A DNA stretch of 64,000 bases. Origin: Octopus sinensis (Eukaryota). The DNA lies in assembly GCF_006345805.1 (NCBI RefSeq), contig NC_043001.1:56544001-56608000 (forward strand), read 5' to 3'. Below the pieces are notes generated by a model. The model was not told the origin of the DNA, ran no database searches, and worked only from the letters and a program-made list of their open reading frames with translations. Position numbers and translations under genes: made by a program. Positions 56,050-64,000 of the stretch are shown one piece after another. The stretch's first letter is position 1. Each line of letters starts with the position of its first letter.

Positions 56050-56365
56050 TTTTTTACTTGTTTCAGTCATGAGACTGCGGTCATACTGGGGCACCGTCTT
56101 GAAGGATTTTTAGTCGAGTGAATGGACCCCCAACTTGGGTTATTTTACAGAAACTCTAGGTTACGGGGACGCAGACACACCAACACCAGTTGTCATTTTG
56201 GTGGTTACACACACACACATTATATATGACGGGTTTTTTAGCCAAGCACACACACGGAACTTTGGTCGGCCTGATGCCACAGCAGACGACACCTGCCAAA
56301 GGTGTCGCTCAGTGGTAGTGAACCCAGAACCATATCGTTGGGAAGCAATCTTCTTACCATACACC
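56050..56365 (-). mobile_element. CORE-type SINE, degenerate near-full copy
   Basis: cttgtttcagtcatgagactgcggtcatactggggcaccg ... gaacccagaaccatatcgttgggaagcaatcttcttacc. Confidence 0.8.
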
Positions 56366-56520
56366 TGCACCTGCATCTATAAGTATATAGTTCATGTATG
56401 TATGTATGCATGTATGTTTGCATGTGTGTATGTATGTGTGTGTATGTATGTATGTATTATGTATGTATGTATGTATGTATGTATGTATGTATGTATGTAG
56501 TATGTATGTATATATGTTTA

Positions 56521-56575
<55 letters not shown>

Positions 56576-56599
56576 ATATGTTACATTACTCGATAGTCA

Positions 56600-56662
56600 A
56601 GATAAAACTCTGAGTTTCAGATGCCGAAGTGGGAATCCACAACGTCATCTCTTCGGTTATCT
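56600..56662 (-). ncRNA. Type I hammerhead-like fold with an extended stem II (U4C, one extra U)
   Basis: AGAUAA-CCGAAGA-GAUG.CG UU GUGG(AUUC)CCAC UU CG.CAUC-U-GAAAC-UCAGA-GU-U-UUAUCU: 6-bp stem I, compound stem II, short stem III. Adjoins (TA)n. Confidence 0.5.
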
Positions 56663-57169
56663 GGCTATTTGAAAACGCTATGAAAAAATACCGTTATACA
56701 AAGGGAAATTACTGTGTTATAACTCTGCTTGCCTGCGTACTTATACATCGCTATGTAAACGTACACAACTTCACTCGCATTTTTCGCCATAAAAAATTAT
56801 ATAAAAATACATAAAAAATATATAAAAAATATACATAAAATATATATAAAAAATATATGATAGAAGGTATGATGAGATAAAAAAACCTTCTTGGGACATA
56901 ACATAGAAAGCATGTTCTATCTGTTTTCTTTAGGGGACCAAAAACGTAACAGAAATTTAGTCACATGTGGGCATGATCCGAAAAGTTGAAAACCTATGAA
57001 TATCCCAATCCTCAGGAATGTTGTGTTACATTAATCAGAATACTTTTGTTTGTTTAAATATATCGAGACAGAGAGCAGTTCTGAGGAAAAGAAGACAACC
57101 CTCTAAATAAAGGCACAACAACAACAACAACAATAACAACGGCGGCGAGGACGACAACAACAACAGCAG

Positions 57170-57423
57170 CAATAATAATGGTTTTGAATTTATCCTCAAG
57201 GGCAGCAATCTTGGGGGAGAGAATGAGTCGCTTGCATCGTCACCAGTGTTTAACTGGTATTTATTTCATCAACCCCGAAGGATGGAAGGCAAAATCGACT
57301 TCTGCAGAATTTCAACTCAGAACGTAAAGACTGGCGAAATACTGCTAAGCATTTCGTCCTACGTGCTAACCATCCTGCCGGCTCACCGCCTTAATAATAA
57401 TAATAATAATAATAATAATGATG

Positions 57424-57463
<40 letters not shown>

Positions 57464-57549
57464 TGATGATGATGATAATAATAATAATAATAATAACAAT
57501 AATATTAATAATAATAATAATAATAATAATGATGATGATGATGATGATA

Positions 57550-57581
<32 letters not shown>

Positions 57582-57810
57582 GATGATGATGATGATGATG
57601 ATGATAATGATAAAAAAAAAATAATAATAATGTCTATTATAGGCACAAGGCCTGAAATTTGGGGGAGGGGGATAGTCGATTACATCGACCCCAGTACTCC
57701 ACTGGTAATCAAGTTATCGACCCTAAAATGATGATACGTAAAATCAACCTCGGCGGAATTTGAATACCGCTAAGCATTTCGCCCTGCATGCTAACTATTC
57801 TGCCATCTCG
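57170..57810 (-). mobile_element. Two SINE copies separated by an (AAT/GAT)n tract
   Basis: Copies at 57170-57390 and 57630-57810 with the family core gaat(t/a)...cagaacgta and catttcg. Confidence 0.8.
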
Positions 57811-57851
57811 ACGTCTCAATAATAATAATGATGATGATGATGATGATAATG

Positions 57852-57931
<80 letters not shown>

Positions 57932-57932
<1 letters not shown>

Positions 57933-58328
57933 GAAAGTGACACTCATGGCTTCTCATCTTAACTGATTGGAAGTGTTATAATGTACATTGTTTTGTCTTG
58001 GTATAAAAGATGGGCTGCAGTAAATATTCTTTGGGGTTTGGCTAATTCACCTTTGGAAACATGGGTGTTTCGTTCCACATCTTTAAACAACCCTTATTTA
58101 AGGATCTTTTGAGTGGGGTGGGCTATTCAACCTGAAGAAAATTCTAACCGGTCTCCACCTGTAAGTTCATGCGCTGTTTATCTTGACATAAGATCAGAAT
58201 GTCGCGCATATATGGTTGTGATGCATGTGCCTGGTGTACCCTTATCAGACGGGTAGTCATGATGGGTGTACTGGGCTTTGTATATTTTACTCAGTGTCAC
58301 TTTGATGGCATGCACTACTCTCTCACTC
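57932..58328 (+). mobile_element. (AAT)n-inserted non-autonomous repeat
   Basis: Begins agaaagtgacactcatgg after (AAT)n and ends ctctcactc-aataataat. Homologous to 51333-51577 in the opposite orientation. Confidence 0.85.
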
Positions 58329-58870
58329 AATAATAATAATGTTAAGTCGCACCTGAGTACGACTGATAACATGTAATTCAGTACAACTTGTCGCACGGTC
58401 GAATCGTCGACGACTAAGTCGGCTGCTCCACAAAGATTGTTTGGTGAGAAGGGTGATAGTTTGGCACCCTGCGGCATGAAAAAGCAATGACCGTGAAAGA
58501 GCGGAGGAACTCAGAAGGGCCAGCGGTTATCTAAAAATTGTGTAGAATTTGCAACTGCAGAATATAAATTACCGGAATGGTCACCAGCGCATATAGTTCA
58601 CTTCAACTTTAAGATTGAGGATCGCTTAAAGTCGTTTATGTCATTCTTTAGAGATAGTTTCTAAAAAAAAAAAAAATGCACCAGTCGTAGTGGAGCCTTA
58701 AAACTACTAACCGCTGTGAGTGAAATGAATTAAAGCAACTGTTTACACAAAGACGTGCATAATGCTGGAGCTTCTAGTGAAGATACCTCATCCGGTAGAT
58801 GTACTGTGGGTGAGCAGTGCAGGCCTGGTCATCACCGCTATACTGCTGGAATGAAATAGAGGTAAACAAA

Positions 58871-59255
58871 GTAGGCGTGGTTGTGTGATAAGAAGCTTGC
58901 TTCCCAACCACATGGTACCGGGTTCAGGCCCACTGTGAGGCACCTTGGACAAGTATCTTCTGCTATAGCCTCTGGCCGATCAAAGCCTTGTGAATAGATT
59001 TTGTAGACGGAAGCTGAAAGAAGCCTGTCGTATATATATATGTATAAATTTGTGTGTCTGTGTTTGTACCCCCACCATCGCCTGACAGCCGATGTTAGTG
59101 TGTTTACGTCCCCCGTAAATTAGCGATTCGGCAAAACAGGCCGATAGAATAAGTACAAGGCTTACAAAGAATAAGTCCTGGGGTCAATTTATTCGATTGA
59201 AGACGGTGCTCCAGCATGGCCAAAGTCAAATGACTGAAACTAATAAAAGAGTAAG
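58871..59255 (+). mobile_element. Full-length CORE-type tRNA SINE (OR-like)
   Basis: tRNA-like head (gggttcaggcccac), CORE-like gcaccttggacaagtatcttc, internal TA/TG repeat, 3' ggtgctccagcatggcc...gtcaaatgactgaaac. Confidence 0.9.
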
Positions 59256-59299
59256 CTGTAATGGAGTGTTATTTTAGAAGCAAGCTTTTGAACGAAAGA

Positions 59300-59480
59300 A
59301 CGGATTATATCGAGTTCAATCTTGGGGACAGTTAGTAAATTTGTTGGATGCATGGCTTGAGAAGCTAGGAATTATCATCAGAAAAGGGGCTGTGCATAAA
59401 ACAGTCTTGTTAGGAACAGCAAGGATTGTAAAAGGGATGTTAAAATGTTAATGACAGAATGACCCAAAGGACCTTTGGCT
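59300..59480 (+). mobile_element. R4/Dong-like extreme C-terminal fragment
   Basis: LGTVSK then WLEKLGIIIRKGAVHKTVLLGTARIVKGMLKC* (cf. LQKT.LLGTARILRKVL). Confidence 0.7.
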
Positions 59481-59599
59481 ATTTGATACTTTTTTGGTAT
59501 TGTAAAAGTGTCAATGAAATTAATAATGGTAATGTTTACCCATTGTTGTCGACCATGACCAAAAACATCACATGGGAGGAGAAGGGTCACACTGTATCA

Positions 59600-59960
59600 G
59601 GCCGTAGCCGATCAGTCTGATGTGTGCTTCAAAGGCTCAGCAGCAGGTCGCGCAAAGGTTGTCTGCTGGGACTGAAGGCAAGGAGTTGGCTCTGGACTGG
59701 CGCAGTTCACGTTATCCTTGTGCTTCTGCAATCCTATTCTGTTCGTAGGAGGTGACTCTTCCGTTGATGCATTTTCGCCTGCCAAGGCGCTCCTGTGTTA
59801 ATATTTCCCAAGTGTTGGGTTTGGTCTCAAAGCACTTCAGTGAGTATTTGAGTGTATCTTAGGAGCTTTTTTCTGTCCATCGTTTGTGGTCTTGACTTGC
59901 GCCAGTTCCCTGTAAAACAATCTTTTGGGGAGTTGCGTGTCAGGCAAAAGTGGTTGTCAA
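59600..59960 (-). mobile_element. RTE-clade LINE 3' end
   Basis: [14 protein letters not shown]...DGQKK...[19 protein letters not shown]...SYEQNRIAEAQ.*RELRQSR...LCATCC*AFEAHIRLIGY (RTE C-terminus with zinc-finger remnant). Confidence 0.85.
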
Positions 59961-60049
59961 GCGATGGTGTGGAACAAGCACAAGCAAACACACACGCACA
60001 CGCACACGCACGCGCATGCATTTGCACACACATACACACACGCACACAC

Positions 60050-60094
<45 letters not shown>

Positions 60095-60145
60095 AGGGTA
60101 AACTTTATTAATTATTCCCTTTAACTATATTTATTTATATTAAGG

Positions 60146-60268
60146 GCATTACTATACATAAATGCTTCACACTAAGAGGGACTCTTAAAGTCAAAACTAC
60201 CATAATAACTATGGTAGTTTTGACTCTAAGAGTCCCTCCTAGCGTGAGGCATTTATGTATAGTAATGC
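60146..60268. repeat. 59-bp-arm near-perfect palindrome, 5-nt loop
   Basis: Arms 60146-60204 and 60210-60268 are reverse complements with 4 mismatches; loop ATAAC. Confidence 0.95.
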
Positions 60269-60309
60269 ATTTAAAATAAATAACTATATATATGTATGTA
60301 TATATACCA

Positions 60310-60650
60310 CTTGCTTTTCAGTCTCCGCGTACCAAATTTACTGAACACACCTTGTCAGGCCGGGGCCTGTGGTAGAAGACACTTGCACAACGTGATGTGC
60401 AGTGATACTCAAACTGCCACCCCTCTATATGTATAGGGGTGATTTGTTTATAGTGATCAAATGTATGTGCTGTCCATTAGATTGCTTCTCCCCCATCAAA
60501 TCGACATTGTCGAGGTGCACGAGGGTGTCATTCGTCAATGATTGCAGAGCAATGTGAAATGAAGTGTTTTGCTCAAGAACACAATGCGCCGCATAGGGAG
60601 GGAATTGAAGCCACGAATGCAACTCACTAATCACTGGGCCACGTACCTTC
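60310..60650 (-). mobile_element. Two degenerate SINE fragments
   Basis: gtagaagacacttgcacaacgtgatgtgcagtg (CORE type) and gtgttttgctcaagaacacaatgcgccg (second family). Confidence 0.65.
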
Positions 60651-60686
60651 GCCAATATACATACATACAGACACACACATACAAAC

Positions 60687-60718
<32 letters not shown>

Positions 60719-60779
60719 GTGTATGCGTATATATATATGTATATGTATATATGTATATATACATGTATATGTATATATG

Positions 60780-60874
<95 letters not shown>

Positions 60875-61079
60875 TGCATATATCTGTAATGTTTAAATAC
60901 ATATATACATAAAGCGACAGAAACAGTAGTATGAATTATCGAGTACTTTTCTGTCGATTCTTCCGAAAAATACAAATCAAATCTTTTCAATGAACTGCAC
61001 TACTTGTCTCCTTTTCTTCTTTATCATGTGTGTATACATGTATAAGTAAATATGTACATATAAACATGTATATATATAT

Positions 61080-61139
<60 letters not shown>

Positions 61140-61192
61140 AACACTTATACATATATGTGTATGTAGGTGCGCGTATACGTGTGTGTGACGCA

Positions 61193-61231
<39 letters not shown>

Positions 61232-61819
61232 CATAATATATATATATATATATATATGTTTGTATACATTGTCTCTCTTTCTATGGCTATATATTTATGC
61301 ATCTATACATATATATGTGCGTGTGTATCTGTGTATATACATTATGCATGTATGTAGAGATTGATGAATATATATTCTGTTTCTTTCAAACATTATATTT
61401 CCTGACAACAGGAGATTAGCTGGTGAAAGTCGATGTTTAAAACATGATACGCATGGAAATGAGTACTTATAGAGTAACTGTGCTGATTATAATACCATAG
61501 ATATAAACATCAATACATCTGCCAGTGTCCGTATGTATGGAGGGTGTTCGTGGTTCGGCATCTGCGTGTGTACATAAGTTTTACTGTAGAGTTATATGGA
61601 AAAGGTATGAATGTAATTTTGTCTTAATTCTTCTATATAAATTATATTTACTTGTAGCAAACATATTTCATTCCAGACATTCATATACTGATATATAAAT
61701 ATATATGCATACGCATTTACACACACACACACAAACATATATATATATATATAAAATATTTATATAGGAATATATGTAAGTCTTTTGTAATCCATCTATG
61801 TGTGTATTTATGTGTGTAT

Positions 61820-61851
<32 letters not shown>

Positions 61852-62337
61852 GCATATACACACACATATATGTATGTATATATATATATATGTTTAGATA
61901 TATGTATTTATCTATGCATGTATGTATGTGTGTAAGCATGTATGTATGCATAGATGTATACGAAAGTCGGATTTACTTATGCGTTTGTGTAATAGCTTAC
62001 GTGCAGATAATTATATACACATGTGTATATTTATGTGTGGGGATTTCAGAAGAAATATGTAATATCTCAGTTTCTGTATGTGTATACACACACACACATG
62101 TACACACACAAACAAACACACACACATACACAACACACACACACACACACACACGCACAATCACACACACACACAGACACACACACACATACACGCATAC
62201 ATGAAAATATGTATTTACATGTTACATATGTATATATATATATGTGTATATAATCACATACAAAATATATTTACATGGCATATGTGCATATATTGATATA
62301 CTCACACATACAAATGCTACAAGCAAACTCACACACA

Positions 62338-62370
<33 letters not shown>

Positions 62371-62499
62371 TATGTTTATATTCACTCGGGGAAAATATAT
62401 ATTTATTTATATTACGTTTATACATGCATATGCAGAAAATATTCCTAAATATTTGCGTGAATGAATCTCATTTGCATAGATTTGATAATTATAAGTATA

Positions 62500-63200
62500 T
62501 GTTATATGTTGTTATTACAGTTCACACAGAAATGTATATTTGTCAATTAATTGCCTCTATTTTCTATTGTCTGCAATTTATTGCCACCTCACACATTTTT
62601 AACTGCCTGGCTATCTGCCAAAGTAATCTCACAAACATAATACAGTTAAAACTTCATCCGAAAGACCATGGTTTCTCTTCATGCACAGAAAATACTTCAG
62701 CTGTAAGCAGTTTGTGGCGTTGTGCAAATGTTATGAAGAATCTACCAAAGAGCACAAATTTTATATGTAACTTCTTGCTGCTGCTATATACACGATATCG
62801 CAGATCACGAGCTAATGTTTGAGAGTCTTCGTAGTGGCTTGACATGAGAGAATTAGCAGTCACATAATACCAGATAATACTCAAATGCCGTTTGAGAGAA
62901 GCGATATTTAAATAAAAGATGGAGTGCTTATGCCGAGAACATTTTTCTTTCGGGGCATGTCATCTTCAAACTCAGGTCTTTCAGATGATTTGCAGAGTTA
63001 CATATAGCACTTGATGTGCAGTTTCAATTCATTTTCTCTTCTATCGCTATCTACTGCAAACATTTGCACTTTTAAGCTAATTTTTCTTCGCGTGACCGAC
63101 TTTTCTGCTGCTCTTTTTATGTCTTTTGTTTCTCACATTCTTTTTGTGAAGCCGTTGAATAGTCAAAAACCTAGAACCTCACAGACAATGCCTCTCAGTA
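62500..63200 (-). mobile_element. Degenerate coding-like DNA, possibly an Academ-type transposon relic
   Basis: AVDSDRRENELKLHIKCYM*LCKSS loosely resembles the DL.A.EAKYH..CY motif; RVYSS remnant; many stops. Confidence 0.25.
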
Positions 63201-63452
63201 ATTATTCCGGCTTTTTACATTCTAAGTTCCAATTTCGTGGAGCTCAACTGTTGAGATCGATGAAGGTATGTATACTTAGCAGTATCCGTTTCTGCACTCT
63301 TTACGTTCTTAATACTCAAGTGAGTATGGCAACCTTGTCTGTATTTAAGTGATAAGATGATGCTTGGTTAAAAAATACAGCTCAGTCAGGGCCGATACTT
63401 AGTTAAATAGCCACATCAACAGACAGTCTTTTGTATTCGTGGTTAGCGATAC

Positions 63453-63521
<69 letters not shown>

Positions 63522-63528
63522 GTGTGCA

Positions 63529-63850
63529 GTGAACGCGTGCAGCTTAGTGGTTGGGGTATTCGGTTCATGTTCGTAAGGTCGTGAGTTCGTTTCTTGGTGG
63601 TGCATTATGTCCTTGAGCAAGATACTTTATTTCACGTTGCTCCAGTATACTCAGCTAGCAAAAACAAGTAGCACGTGTATTTTAAAGGGCCAGCCATGTC
63701 ACACTCTGTGTCGCACTGATTCTCCCAAAGAACTACGTTAAGGATACGCGTGTCTATAGAGTGCTCAACCAGTTGCACGCTAATTTTACGAGCAGGCTGT
63801 TCCGATGATCGGATGAACTGGAATCTTCGTCTTCGTAATCGACGGAGTGT
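63529..63850 (+). mobile_element. tRNA-derived SINE, same family as 31076
   Basis: Collinear with 31076-31401 (cttagtggtt, gagttcgttt, gtccttgagcaagatactttatttcacgttgctccag, gaactacgttaagg, cgacggagtg). Confidence 0.9.
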
Positions 63851-64000
63851 CGGTTATGTGTGTGCGCAAACCTCGGTGTGTGCGCACAAACAGCTTCAGT
63901 TCGACAAAAGATGTTCTGTTGACTGATCAGCTAAAAACAGCATCTAAATCTCCAACGAATCAAACTCAACCATAGTTATAAAAAGTAAAACTGGAAAAAG

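Overview
Eukaryotic, AT-rich, microsatellite-saturated DNA. The SINE and repeat repertoire resembles that of Octopus (coleoid cephalopod); this is recognition by eye, not a search result. There is no intact long CDS, and almost all ORF-track entries are translated microsatellites. Contents: (1) dozens of tRNA-derived SINE copies of at least 3 families, some tandem or nested; (2) non-LTR retroelement relics (HERO, R4/Dong RLE x3, RTE x2, Penelope-like RT, a LINE ORF1); (3) a full-length irritans-like mariner with intact TIRs and only two disablements, plus an older deleted mariner; (4) non-autonomous Helitron-like and MITE-like elements; (5) a few phase-compatible candidate exons of an unidentified minus-strand gene ending at 895. 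The most interesting signal is a set of small repeats inside (TA)n tracts that fold as type I hammerhead ribozymes, in three sequence families: 44344/37459; 56600; and both ends of a 1.27-kb foldback at 25683-26949, one end with a U3-A8 covariant core. A 59-bp near-perfect hairpin at 60146-60268 also stands out. No rRNA, genuine tRNA gene or CRISPR array was seen. Boundaries of degenerate repeats are approximate.
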